The translations under genes and the position numbers were made by a program. Under the pieces are notes generated by a model, which was not told the DNA's origin, ran no database searches, and saw only the letters and a program-made list of their open reading frames with translations. Shown here one piece after another: positions 48,331-58,121 of a stretch of 64,000 nt of DNA. The stretch covers positions 70,167-134,166 of the forward strand of contig JBEKIG010000001.1 in the NCBI GenBank assembly GCA_050011875.1, given 5' to 3'. This DNA is from Nitrososphaeria archaeon (lineage in GTDB: Archaea > Thermoproteota > Nitrososphaeria > JACIWG01). Within the stretch, counting starts at the first letter, position 1; every line of letters starts with the position of its first letter.

Positions 48331-50739
48331 TTGGTAGATTTGTGTTCGCTAACGAATAAAGAAGCTACGATAATAATCCTAGTCCTTATGCTCACGAATA
48401 TTATCATTTCAATAAGGCCTTTTGACGGAGATGTTGAAGTAATTGTTTCCTTTAAGGGAGAACCGACTACGTCTCTCGCTATAAAGTATGGGATTAGCTT
48501 GAATGATTCAATTATAAATGAAGCTTCAGAGTATAAGTTGCTTGAACTTGAAGGGAATATAAAGAAACTACAGAGCAGCGGAATACCTCTTAGAGTCGTT
48601 TCATATATGTATACCGTGATCTTCGGAGCAGTTATAGAAATGCCTCAAAGATTTATTCAAACCTTAAATCAGACTGGAACGATTGCTTCATTAGAAGAAA
48701 GCGCGGAATACAAGTTGGATTTAGAGAACAATGTTAAAATGGTAGATGCTAATAGAGTATGGGAACTAAAGGATGCCCTAAATTCAAATATTACAGGTAA
48801 AGGAATCAAAGTGGCAGTGATCGATACAGGAGTAAATTACTCACAGCCAATTTTAGGAGGAGGAATAGGATCAAATTATAAAGTGGTTGGTGGATACGAT
48901 TTTGTGGACAAAGATAATGATCCAATGGATATGGATGGACATGGAACAGCGGTTGCGGCCATCATAGCCGGCAATGACGATGGATTTACTGGAATAGCGC
49001 CGGACGCAAGCATTCTTGCATATAAAGTAATAACAGAATCTGGAGAGACGTCAACGGCAGATATCGTACAGGCTATCGATAGAGCAGTATTAGACGGTGC
49101 AACTGTGATCAATATAAGCCTTGGATCAGCGATATCAGACGCTTCATTGGGCATTGCTATAAATAACGCTGTGGATGCAGGGATAGTCGTCGTCGCAGCC
49201 GCAGGTAACTCAGGACCTAGCGGAGGCACCATAGACTATCCGAGCGCGCTGAACGATGTCATTTCTGTAGGAGCTTCATCGAATATAGGGTCCTCACTTC
49301 TAAAAGCTGAGTTTACGATCCCTGAGATAGGAAGATCCTTTGATGCAATTCCCATGAATAATACGATTTCAACAAATAAACCGCTGATATCAAAATTAGT
49401 TTACGTCGGCCTTGCAGGAAATGACGATGTTGCTAACCTTAACCTTACAGACGCGATCGCTGTCGCAAAAAGGGGAACCTATTTATTTAGCGAAAAGGCA
49501 AAGAATGTTCAGGAAAAGGGAGCCATCGCCCTGATAGTGTTCAACAACGTCACACAAAATTTTATTGGAGCTCTAAAAGATCCTGTATCGATTCCCGTTG
49601 CTTCAATTTCGGGTGCAGATGGAGAATACATACTTAACTCTCTATCAACAAAAGAACTTACTGGGAATTTCACTATAAACTCAAACCCTTATCAGGTCGT
49701 ATGGTTTAGTTCGAGAGGGCCGGTTTCACCATTCTACTTAAAACCTAATTTAATCGCTCCAGGATATAATGTAGAAACAGCGGACTATCAGGGAGGCTAT
49801 CAAAATGTTTCGGGTACAAGTTTCGCTGCCCCTTGTGTAACAGGCACAGTTGCTCTAATAAAACAGGAAAGGCCAAAACTAAACCCCTATGAAATTATGT
49901 CTCTCCTTATGGATAACGCAGAACCTCTCACAACAGGAGTTGAAAAGTATCCTGTTGACGTTCAAGGTGCAGGACTTATGGAGGTCTATAACACGATAAT
50001 CAGCGATTTCACAGTCTTACCTGGAAGCCTCGTCTTCAATCTATCTCCTTTTAACCAAACAACAACCAATAGGACGTTACAGATTGTTCCACTATCAGGA
50101 GAGAACCTCAGCATTAAAGTTGCTCCAGATTGGTCTGGTCCAGACAGTGTACAGATAAGACCGAAGGACAATAACATTATTAATGGAAGCACATTCATTA
50201 CGATCGAAGCTCAGCTCAATACAAACGATTATGGAACTTACTACGGTTGGTTAAACATATCGAGTGAGAAGATCACTCAAATGATACCAATAGAGGTGCA
50301 AGTAAATCCCGTTGGAATCTCTGTCATAAAAGATAATGCAAGTCAGATAGCTTTCAGGATAAATCTGCCTAAAGGTTTTATATCAGCCAAAGCACTTATA
50401 CAGTTGCCTGACGGAAATAGCCAGATTATATCTTATAGGAGTGACTCCAATAATATTACCTTCCAGTCAACTTTAACTGGAGAATACTGGATATCTGTTC
50501 TGGTTGTCACAACAAACAACACCCAAAGTGGATTCGACATTGTAACAGTTGGAAGGTCTACAACACCTCCTAAAATAACTATAGTAACAACGTTGCCTCA
50601 GAGCCTGCCTATCAGTGGAATTCCATATCAGGCACTTGAGACGATAGTGTACACGCTTGCTTTGGTAGTTATTTTTATAACGATCTACAGTCTAAGGAAG
50701 AAAACAAGAGAAAAAATTTCCTTATTAAATAAAGTGTAG
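48331..50739 (+). CDS. Subtilisin-like serine protease (S8, pyrolysin-type) with C-terminal membrane anchor
   Basis: Catalytic triad motifs VAVIDTGV, HGTAVAAI and GTSFAAP, separated by an inserted (PA-like) domain. Many N-glycosylation sequons. A C-terminal TM precedes a basic tail. Confidence 0.85.
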   Translation: MVDLCSLTNKEATIIILVLMLTNIIISIRPFDGDVEVIVSFKGEPTTSLAIKYGISLNDSIINEASEYKLLELEGNIKKLQSSGIPLRVVSYMYTVIFGAVIEMPQRFIQTLNQTGTIASLEESAEYKLDLENNVKMVDANRVWELKDALNSNITGKGIKVAVIDTGVNYSQPILGGGIGSNYKVVGGYDFVDKDNDPMDMDGHGTAVAAIIAGNDDGFTGIAPDASILAYKVITESGETSTADIVQAIDRAVLDGATVINISLGSAISDASLGIAINNAVDAGIVVVAAAGNSGPSGGTIDYPSALNDVISVGASSNIGSSLLKAEFTIPEIGRSFDAIPMNNTISTNKPLISKLVYVGLAGNDDVANLNLTDAIAVAKRGTYLFSEKAKNVQEKGAIALIVFNNVTQNFIGALKDPVSIPVASISGADGEYILNSLSTKELTGNFTINSNPYQVVWFSSRGPVSPFYLKPNLIAPGYNVETADYQGGYQNVSGTSFAAPCVTGTVALIKQERPKLNPYEIMSLLMDNAEPLTTGVEKYPVDVQGAGLMEVYNTIISDFTVLPGSLVFNLSPFNQTTTNRTLQIVPLSGENLSIKVAPDWSGPDSVQIRPKDNNIINGSTFITIEAQLNTNDYGTYYGWLNISSEKITQMIPIEVQVNPVGISVIKDNASQIAFRINLPKGFISAKALIQLPDGNSQIISYRSDSNNITFQSTLTGEYWISVLVVTTNNTQSGFDIVTVGRSTTPPKITIVTTLPQSLPISGIPYQALETIVYTLALVVIFITIYSLRKKTREKISLLNKV

Positions 50740-50832
50740 GCCATTTGTAAAAAACAAGTTGATATATTATTTAAATTAGTGGTGGGCAAGTAATTAATAA
50801 GGGTGGGTTTGACAGGTCTTATGTTTTGAGAT

Positions 50833-51633
50833 ATGGAGGAGTTTAGATTAACCCATCTAATCGAACGCACTCTTAAAAGTGCTCAAAGAGCTTTACTTAA
50901 AATTCAAGACAACCCCATAAGAGTTGGAGTGAACAGGTTTGGGGACGTCACATATAATATTGATTTAGAATCCGAGCATGTGATTTTTGAGGAATTTGAA
51001 AAAACAGGAGAAGGTTTTACGATAATATCAGAGGAGTCTGGGATAAAGGAAATAAACGGAGGAGGAATGACTGTAGTTGTAGACCCATTAGACGGCAGCA
51101 ATAACGCGGTTAAAGAAATACCTTTTTACAGCATATCAATAGCCATTTCTAAAGGGGACTTGATATCGGATATATTGGCTTCTGGCATAATTAACGTTAT
51201 TAATGGTGATATCATATGTTCAGATAGCCATAGCGTCTTCTTCAATGGTGAAGCCAGACATCCATCAAACGTGACCGAGCTTAGCTCTGCTATTTCTACG
51301 ATTATTCCAAGACTCTTTTACCTAAACAACAAAGAATACGAAGAGAGACTTGTAAAGATGTTTAAGCAGACTAAACACCCAAGATTTCTTGGTAGTGCGG
51401 CAATGGAATCGGCATATGTATCGGTAGGATTAATAGATGCTTTCATAGAACTTTATCCAAGACTACGTGTTGTCGATATTGCCGCTTCACTTCATATGGC
51501 TAGGACCTCAGGTGCATACGTAAATCTTCTAAACATAGAAGGGGAACTTAACCTAAAGTATGATGGTAGAATAAGTTGTTTAATAGCAGCAAACAATATA
51601 CTTGGTCACTCTTACACCGAACTTCTGAAATAG
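50833..51633 (+). CDS. Inositol monophosphatase / fructose-1,6-bisphosphatase family (archaeal IMPase/FBPase)
   Basis: VVVDPLDGSNN metal-binding motif and a 266-aa length. Confidence 0.8.
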   Translation: MEEFRLTHLIERTLKSAQRALLKIQDNPIRVGVNRFGDVTYNIDLESEHVIFEEFEKTGEGFTIISEESGIKEINGGGMTVVVDPLDGSNNAVKEIPFYSISIAISKGDLISDILASGIINVINGDIICSDSHSVFFNGEARHPSNVTELSSAISTIIPRLFYLNNKEYEERLVKMFKQTKHPRFLGSAAMESAYVSVGLIDAFIELYPRLRVVDIAASLHMARTSGAYVNLLNIEGELNLKYDGRISCLIAANNILGHSYTELLK

Positions 51634-51716
51634 CTTATTTATTTTAACTTATAACGTTCCTGTTTTAATATAATAATAATTATATACTTTATTTCCTGAA
51701 CTTATAGTGACTCCTT

Positions 51717-52493
51717 ATGCAAGAGTTTGTTACAGGAAGATTAAAGAAGATTCTGAGAGAAAACAAGATTTCAGTTGGGATGTGGATTACGCTTCCGTGT
51801 ATAGATGTGCCAGAGGCCCTGTCCGGACTTGGCTTCGACTGGTTCGTCTTCGACACTGAGCACGCTCCAACAAGCATAGAGACTGTGCAGAGGCTGCTGC
51901 CAGCGCTAAACGGAAGCAACACTTCAGCAATCATCAGAGTCGCATGGAACGACATAGTCATGATAAAGCGTGCACTAGACGTGGGGCCAGAAGGCATCGT
52001 AGTCCCGTGGGTAAACAACATAGACGACGCAATAAAAGCTGTCAAAGCTAGCAGGTATCCACCCATTGGCATCAGGGGAGTTGGCCCAAGAAGAGCCGCG
52101 GCCTACGGCCTAGACCCATCATATTATAAAAGAGCAAATAACGACGTCGCCCTGATTGTCCAGATAGAAACACAGGAAGCAGTAGACAATGTTGACGAGA
52201 TACTCTCAGTGGATGGTATAGATTCATTCTTCATAGGGCCACAGGACCTTTCATTCTCTTTGCAGGTGCCGCACGACTACGAAAGTCCCAGATTCAGGGC
52301 AGCCATCGATAAGGTTCTTGAGGCGGGAAGGAAAGCAGGGAAACCTGCCGGCATATACACGTCAGACGCGCAAGAATCCATCAACTACATGAAGAAAGGT
52401 TTCAGGTTCCTTACTCTTTCTTCAGACATAAAAAATTTGGTTAGTCAGTGCAAAAAAGAGTTAGAAACTGTTAGAATAGAAGCCTCAAAGTGA
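51717..52493 (+). CDS. HpcH/HpaI-family aldolase (2-keto-3-deoxy-acid aldolase / citrate-lyase-beta-like)
   Basis: TIM-barrel pattern with FVFDTEHAP and a conserved Arg/Glu layout. Length is 258 aa. Confidence 0.7.
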   Translation: MQEFVTGRLKKILRENKISVGMWITLPCIDVPEALSGLGFDWFVFDTEHAPTSIETVQRLLPALNGSNTSAIIRVAWNDIVMIKRALDVGPEGIVVPWVNNIDDAIKAVKASRYPPIGIRGVGPRRAAAYGLDPSYYKRANNDVALIVQIETQEAVDNVDEILSVDGIDSFFIGPQDLSFSLQVPHDYESPRFRAAIDKVLEAGRKAGKPAGIYTSDAQESINYMKKGFRFLTLSSDIKNLVSQCKKELETVRIEASK

Positions 52494-52655
52494 ACTCTTT
52501 AGTCTATAGGGGAATATTGCAAATACGGAAATCTTTTAATTAAAAGACTGTAGTAATAAAAAATCTACTTTTCTAATAAATTGTCACAAATTCGTACAGT
52601 ATTGTTTATTATTTAACGCGATATTCTGCCTGCCATAGTAGTAGTTCTTCAAGTC

Positions 52656-53048
52656 ATGGAAATAAATGAGATTCAGCTAGAAGAACTAGATGTCGGACAA
52701 TTTGTTGAGGATAAAGTAAAGGGGGTCCGTTACAGTGTGGGTAATGATTTGGCTGTCAACGTTTTATCCAGTGGCGTCGATTCTTATCGATGTAAAAAAG
52801 AGTTCTTAAACGCTATGGAAGATATAGCTGACCCAGGAAAAAAAAATGGAAGTTATTACTCAGAATACCTTGTCAGCGGTTTCCCTTCCTCAATTAATGT
52901 GATTGTCCTTATGCCTATTCTTCAGTTACCGACAATTACTGTTAAACTAATATTTTTTTCTTCATACACCTCTGAAATTGTTTTCGGAGGCTATCTTTGC
53001 AGGCAGGTATTTAAAGCACTTCAACAGAATTTAAAGAGTATTTCCTAA
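52656..53048 (+). CDS. Hypothetical protein (130 aa)
   Basis: ORF only, with no motifs. It sits upstream of the hydrogenase cluster. Confidence 0.3.
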   Translation: MEINEIQLEELDVGQFVEDKVKGVRYSVGNDLAVNVLSSGVDSYRCKKEFLNAMEDIADPGKKNGSYYSEYLVSGFPSSINVIVLMPILQLPTITVKLIFFSSYTSEIVFGGYLCRQVFKALQQNLKSIS

Positions 53049-53111
53049 ATTTTACGCAATATATAACATAAGCCTCCGATGCAACTTTGATTCTTTTGTT
53101 ACTAGGCAAAT

Positions 53112-53119
53112 TTTAAATA
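53112..53119 (+). promoter_or_regulatory. Candidate TATA box for hydrogenase operon (tttaaata)
   Basis: An AT-rich octamer about 32 nt upstream of the hoxE-like ATG. Confidence 0.3.
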
Positions 53120-53150
53120 GTAAGGTCTCTGTCTCTTTGAAAGAGAATTA

Positions 53151-53651
53151 ATGGCTACAAAAGGCGATTCTCAGTCTACTATGAAGTTTGACAAGCGTCT
53201 CCTATCACTTGACAACGCTCTTAAAACACACAGATATCAGAAGGATTCCCTTCTGGAGGTCCTGCATACAGCACAGGAGTCCTACGGATTTTTAGACAAG
53301 GATATTATGGCTTATGTCGCTAAAGCGCTGAAATTGCCTGCAAGCCATGTTTTTGGGGTTGCAACATTCTATAACTTCTTCAAGCTTAAGAAACCAGGGG
53401 CACATGTCGTTACCTTCTGTTTAGGTACCGCCTGTTATGTTAAGGGTTCAGAAGATATTTTAAAGAAAGTTGAGACTGAATTTAAAGTAAAGCGTGGAGA
53501 ATCTACTGTTGACGGAAAACTTTCTGTTTTTACTACGCGCTGCATTGGCGCATGTGCGATGGCACCTAATGCCATCATAGACGAAAACGTCGAAGGTAGA
53601 GCAACTAGTGAATCTATAATAAAAAAGATAAAAGAGGTTAAAGGAGATTGA
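53151..53651 (+). CDS. hoxE: NuoE/HoxE-like [2Fe-2S] thioredoxin-fold subunit of bidirectional hydrogenase diaphorase
   Basis: CLGTACYVKG ... TRCIGACAMAP, the four-Cys pattern of NuoE/HoxE. Confidence 0.75.
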   Translation: MATKGDSQSTMKFDKRLLSLDNALKTHRYQKDSLLEVLHTAQESYGFLDKDIMAYVAKALKLPASHVFGVATFYNFFKLKKPGAHVVTFCLGTACYVKGSEDILKKVETEFKVKRGESTVDGKLSVFTTRCIGACAMAPNAIIDENVEGRATSESIIKKIKEVKGD

Positions 53652-53656
53652 AATAA

Positions 53657-55318
53657 TTGAGACCTGAAGAACTTCATAAATCGGCAGAAATGGAGCAAGA
53701 ACTCCGTACTTCATATAAATTCAGGATCAATGTTTGCTGTTCAAGTGGATGTGCTCATTTTGGTGCTCTTAAAGTGCTTAAAGCATTTGAAGACGCCGTC
53801 AAAGAGTTCGGTGTCGAAAAGATATGTAAGGTGGCTAGGACAGGCTGCATTGGAACCTGCTCCGTAGGACCAGCCGTTATGATCGAACCAGGTGACTACC
53901 TATATGAGAGCGTGACACCAGAAATGGCGAAAAAAATAGTTAGCGAACATATAGTTAATGGTAGACCAATCAAAGGCAATTTATACAGCAATTCCGACTT
54001 CTTCCAAAAACAGCTTAGGATAGTGTTGAGAGATGCTGGAAAAATCGATCCCCTCAGAATGGAAGACTACATAGCTGTGGGAGGCTATTCCGCGCTTGCC
54101 AAGGCTTTAACAACCATGGAACCGGCACAGGTGATAGCGGCAATATCTGCCAGTGGCTTGAGGGGCCGTGGCGGTGCAGGTTTTCTTACAGGTCAAAAGT
54201 GGAACTTTGTCGCTAAGTCTTCAACGACCCCAAAATATATTGTAGCAAACTTAGATGAAGGAGACCCGGGTGTATTTGCTAACCGCACACTTGCCGAAGC
54301 GGATCCACATTCAATTCTTGAAGGAATGGCTATCGCCGCATACGCCATTGGATCTGAACAAGGTTACATCTACATCCGTAGTGAATACCCTCTAGGGGTC
54401 CAGACATTGAAAAAGGCTGTTGAGCAAGCTAAGACGCAAAGCTTTTTGGGAGAGAAGGTTCTCGGCACAGATTTCAGATTCGATGTTGAACTTAGATTAG
54501 GTGCCGGTGCATTCGTTGCAGGCGAAGAAACCGCTATTCTTGCTTCCATCGAAGGGCGTAGAGCTATGCCACGCCCACGACCACCTTACCCGGCTGTTTC
54601 AGGCCTTTGGGGAAAGCCGACATTAATTAACAACGTAGAAACATTAGCCAATGTCCCATTAATTATATTGAATGGTAGTGCGTGGTTCTCTAAGATAGGT
54701 TCACCAGGCTGCAGTGGAACCAAATGTTTCTCTTTAACGGGCAAGACCAATAATCCCGGATTAATAGAAGTTCCGATGGGTACAACATTGGGAGAAGTGG
54801 TCTACGACATAGGTGGAGGTGTTCCGGAAGGTAGGAAGTTTAAGGCTGTGTTGGTTGGAGGCCCTTCAGGGGGATGTCTTCCCGAAGATAAACTTAATCT
54901 GCCGATAGATTATGATAGTCTCACCAAGGCTGGAGCAATTATGGGATCTGGTGGAATTGTTGTGCTAGATGACAAATCCTGCATGGTGGATACGGCACAT
55001 TTCTTCACAGACTTCTGTGTTGATGAATCATGTGGAAAATGTGTGCCTTGTAGAGTAGGACTCACGAAAGCTAGAGGAATTCTGGCGGGGATCATGGGAG
55101 GTGAAGGAAGAGTTGAGGACTTAGAAAAGCTTGAAAAACTGATGTTTCTGGCCAAGGATGTAAGCCTATGCGGTTTGGGACAGACCGCTGCAAACCCGAT
55201 TTTGACGACTCTCAACTATTTCAAAGACGAATACCTGAAACACATAGTTGAGAAGAAATGCCCTGCAGGAAGCTCGAATTGTTTTAATAAACAAGGTAAG
55301 GGGATGAATACTAAATGA
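53657..55318 (+). CDS. hoxF: NuoF/HoxF-like NAD(P)H-binding FMN Fe-S subunit
   Basis: N-terminal extra [2Fe-2S] thioredoxin-like domain (CCSSGCAHFG...CIGTCSVGP). GRGGAGFLTGQKW FMN/NADH site. ESCGKCVPCRVG 4Fe-4S site. Confidence 0.85.
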   Translation: MRPEELHKSAEMEQELRTSYKFRINVCCSSGCAHFGALKVLKAFEDAVKEFGVEKICKVARTGCIGTCSVGPAVMIEPGDYLYESVTPEMAKKIVSEHIVNGRPIKGNLYSNSDFFQKQLRIVLRDAGKIDPLRMEDYIAVGGYSALAKALTTMEPAQVIAAISASGLRGRGGAGFLTGQKWNFVAKSSTTPKYIVANLDEGDPGVFANRTLAEADPHSILEGMAIAAYAIGSEQGYIYIRSEYPLGVQTLKKAVEQAKTQSFLGEKVLGTDFRFDVELRLGAGAFVAGEETAILASIEGRRAMPRPRPPYPAVSGLWGKPTLINNVETLANVPLIILNGSAWFSKIGSPGCSGTKCFSLTGKTNNPGLIEVPMGTTLGEVVYDIGGGVPEGRKFKAVLVGGPSGGCLPEDKLNLPIDYDSLTKAGAIMGSGGIVVLDDKSCMVDTAHFFTDFCVDESCGKCVPCRVGLTKARGILAGIMGGEGRVEDLEKLEKLMFLAKDVSLCGLGQTAANPILTTLNYFKDEYLKHIVEKKCPAGSSNCFNKQGKGMNTK

Positions 55319-56019
55319 GCTTTCCCAGTATTAAGCTAATGATCGATGAAAGGGAATTAGTTGCCCAACCAAGCACCACGATACTTACAGCTGCGACCGA
55401 TAACGGCATCTATATTCCAACTTTGTGCTACCTGGAGGGTTTAACTAGCCTTGGGGGCTGCCGTCTATGTGTCGTTGAAGTGAAGGGTTCACCCAAGCTT
55501 TTCCCATCTTGCTCTACTCCGGTCAGTAACGGCATGGAGGTTGCGACGGTCTCAGAAAAACTTACTAGATATCGCAAACAACTGGTAGAGCTTTTACTGT
55601 CTGAACGAACTCACATCTGTTCAGTATGCGTTGCAAACGGCGCCTGCGAACTCCAGGCTATGGCGACCAAACTTGGAGTCGACTATGTTAATGTGGAGCG
55701 TGAATGGACTAGATTTGAGGTGGACTCTACTCACAAACGTTTTGTACTTGACAGAAACAGGTGCATTCTATGCACTCGCTGTGTAAGAGTATGTGATGAA
55801 ATAGAAGGCGTTCACACTATAGACCTGAAGCATAGGGGTATTTATTCCCAGATAATCATGGACCTAGACGAGCCCTGGGGATCTTCTTACTCCTGTACCT
55901 CTTGCAGCAAGTGCTCTGCAGTCTGTCCCGTCGGATCAATCTATGTCAAAAACGAACCATTTTCTGAAACAAAGAATCCTGAACTTCCTAAATTCATTAT
56001 TGACAGGAGGCGCAGGTGA
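55315..56019 (+). CDS. hoxU: HoxU-like diaphorase subunit (2Fe-2S plus three 4Fe-4S; NuoG N-terminal homolog)
   Basis: The 2Fe-2S motif CYLEG..GGCRLCVV..PSCSTP. A His-ligated cluster HICSVCVANGAC. The 4Fe-4S motifs CILCTRCVRVCD and CTSCSKCSAVCP. Confidence 0.8.
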   Translation: MSFPSIKLMIDERELVAQPSTTILTAATDNGIYIPTLCYLEGLTSLGGCRLCVVEVKGSPKLFPSCSTPVSNGMEVATVSEKLTRYRKQLVELLLSERTHICSVCVANGACELQAMATKLGVDYVNVEREWTRFEVDSTHKRFVLDRNRCILCTRCVRVCDEIEGVHTIDLKHRGIYSQIIMDLDEPWGSSYSCTSCSKCSAVCPVGSIYVKNEPFSETKNPELPKFIIDRRRR

Positions 56020-56025
56020 TAGTAA

Positions 56026-56559
56026 ATGGTGAAAGTGAAAGTTGCTACGGTCTGGCTAAGCGGGTGCTCAGGATGCCACATGTCGTTCCTAGACCAAGAC
56101 GAGAAGCTCATAGACTTGGCAGAAAAGATGGAACTGGTCTACAGCCCGCTTGTTGACAAAAAGGAATTCCCTGATGGCACCGACATTACACTAATAGAGG
56201 GTGCTGTGGCGAACGTGGAACAGCTAGAGTTGCTAAAGCTTGTCAGAAATCGCACCAAAATCCTTGTATCCCTAGGCGATTGTGCAGTAACAGGAAACGT
56301 TACAGCTCTAAGGAACTGTTTCAGTGACAGTGCGAATTCTGTCCTCAAAAGGGAATTCATCGAAAACACCGATGTTCAACCTCAGATACCGACGGAAGTT
56401 CCTGCACTTCTTGAACACGTTCTTTCACTGCATGAAGCTGTTAAGGTTGACTTCTTTATTCCAGGATGCCCCCCACATGCTGACCTCATAAATTATGTCC
56501 TGTCAGAGCTTTTAGCAGGTAAAATGCCCACAATGGCAGACAAATTCAAGTATGGTTAG
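56026..56559 (+). CDS. hoxY: [NiFe] hydrogenase small subunit (HoxY-type, NuoB-like)
   Basis: GCSGCHMSFLD proximal-cluster motif and a 177-aa short small subunit. Confidence 0.8.
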   Translation: MVKVKVATVWLSGCSGCHMSFLDQDEKLIDLAEKMELVYSPLVDKKEFPDGTDITLIEGAVANVEQLELLKLVRNRTKILVSLGDCAVTGNVTALRNCFSDSANSVLKREFIENTDVQPQIPTEVPALLEHVLSLHEAVKVDFFIPGCPPHADLINYVLSELLAGKMPTMADKFKYG

Positions 56560-56573
56560 GAAGATGAAAAAAT

Positions 56574-58001
56574 ATGGCTGAGAAAATTGTCATAAATCCT
56601 GTAACAAGGATAGAAGGCCACGCAAAGGTGTCCATATTCCTTAAAGAAGACGGAAAAGTACAGGAAGCTAGGTTCGAAATAGTTGACTTCAGAGGCTTCG
56701 AAAAGTTTACTGAAGGCCGTCCTTTTTACGAAATGCCGAGCATAACTTCTAGGTCGTGCGGAATATGTCCTGTGAGCCACCTTTTAGCTTCAGCCAAGGC
56801 ATGCGACCAGATAGCTTCTGTAAAGATAACCAAAACTGCGGAGAATCTGCGTCGTTTAATGCACAACGGACAAATGATTCAATCACATGCTTTAAACTTC
56901 TTCCATCTTTCATCACCAGATTTAATGCTGGGCTTAGATTCTGACCCAGCTAAAAGAAACATCTTTGGTCTAATAGAAAAATATCCAGAAATTGCGAAGC
57001 AAGGGATTAAACTTAGGAAGTTTGGTCAACAGATCATCGAATTTTTGAGCGGCAAAAGAATACATTCCAGTGACTGGATCGTACCGGGAGGTGTAAAATA
57101 TCCGTTTACAAAAGAGAAGCAAAATAGGCTGCTGGCTGATCTTCCAGAAGCCTTAGACATAGCGACTAAAACGCTAGAAACATTCAAGAAAAGCCTTCCA
57201 GAATATGAAGATGAAATAGCAGACTTCGGCAACTTCCCAACCTACTATCTGAGCCTTATAACCCAAGACGGTGGACTCGAGCATTACGATGGGGAAATAA
57301 GGATTAAGGGCCCCAATGGTAATATTATAGAAGACAGACTAGATCCGACCAAGTACCTCGAATACATCGGAGAAGCCTGCGAACCGTGGTCTTATATGAA
57401 GTTTCCATATTATAAGCCTCTGGGATATCCGGACGGAATATATAGGGTTGGCCCACTCGCCAGATTAAATGTTTCTGCAAAATGCGGAACCCCTATCGCA
57501 GATGATGAACTTAATGAGTTCAAAAAACTCGGCAGGAATGGTGTAGTTGAAAGTACTTTCATGTATCACTACGCGCGTTTGATCGAAATAATTTTCTGTG
57601 TTGAGAGGACGAAACAAATGCTTGAAGACTCTGACATTCTCAAAGAGAACGTTTGGGTTAAATCTGATGCCAACCAGAATGAAGGCGTAGGTGTTGCTGA
57701 AGCTCCAAGAGGGACCTTGTTTCACCACTACAAGGTTGACGATTTGGGTCGGATAACTTGGGTGAATATGATCATTGCAACGGAGAACAACAACTTAGCA
57801 TACAACAAGGCAGTAACACAAGTAGCAAAGAAGTATGTAGTAAGTTCAAAGCTTGCAGAAGGAATGTTGAACAGGGTTGAAGCTGTTATACGAGCATTTG
57901 ACCCCTGTCTAAGCTGTGCAACACACGCTTGGGGTGAAATGCCTTTGTCCATCAGCCTTTACAGTTCAAAGGGAAAACTGTTAGATAATGTTACTCGATA
58001 A
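56574..58001 (+). CDS. hoxH: [NiFe] hydrogenase large subunit (HoxH-type)
   Basis: N-terminal RSCGICPVSH (RxCGxCxxxH) and C-terminal DPCLSCATHA (DPCxxCxxH) Ni-Fe ligand motifs. A ~23-aa C-terminal extension follows, consistent with endopeptidase processing. Confidence 0.9.
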   Translation: MAEKIVINPVTRIEGHAKVSIFLKEDGKVQEARFEIVDFRGFEKFTEGRPFYEMPSITSRSCGICPVSHLLASAKACDQIASVKITKTAENLRRLMHNGQMIQSHALNFFHLSSPDLMLGLDSDPAKRNIFGLIEKYPEIAKQGIKLRKFGQQIIEFLSGKRIHSSDWIVPGGVKYPFTKEKQNRLLADLPEALDIATKTLETFKKSLPEYEDEIADFGNFPTYYLSLITQDGGLEHYDGEIRIKGPNGNIIEDRLDPTKYLEYIGEACEPWSYMKFPYYKPLGYPDGIYRVGPLARLNVSAKCGTPIADDELNEFKKLGRNGVVESTFMYHYARLIEIIFCVERTKQMLEDSDILKENVWVKSDANQNEGVGVAEAPRGTLFHHYKVDDLGRITWVNMIIATENNNLAYNKAVTQVAKKYVVSSKLAEGMLNRVEAVIRAFDPCLSCATHAWGEMPLSISLYSSKGKLLDNVTR

Positions 58002-58121
58002 AAATGAACTATATTCTTCTAAATGTCTTGTTCATTAAAGAGAATGTTAACTTTTAGCATAGTAGAAATCATTTTTCCTTTTAAAGAAGTTGCAGATGTT
58101 CTAACGCTATTCAATGTTCAA

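Noticed and set aside
53151-58001. Considered calling the hydrogenase F420-non-reducing Mvh-type (group 3c) or sulfhydrogenase (group 3b), which would be more usual for archaea
   Set aside because: The accessory subunits are NuoE/NuoF/NuoG-N-terminal homologs, not MvhD/HdrA or HydB/HydG types. Group 3d-like is the better fit, pending proper classification.
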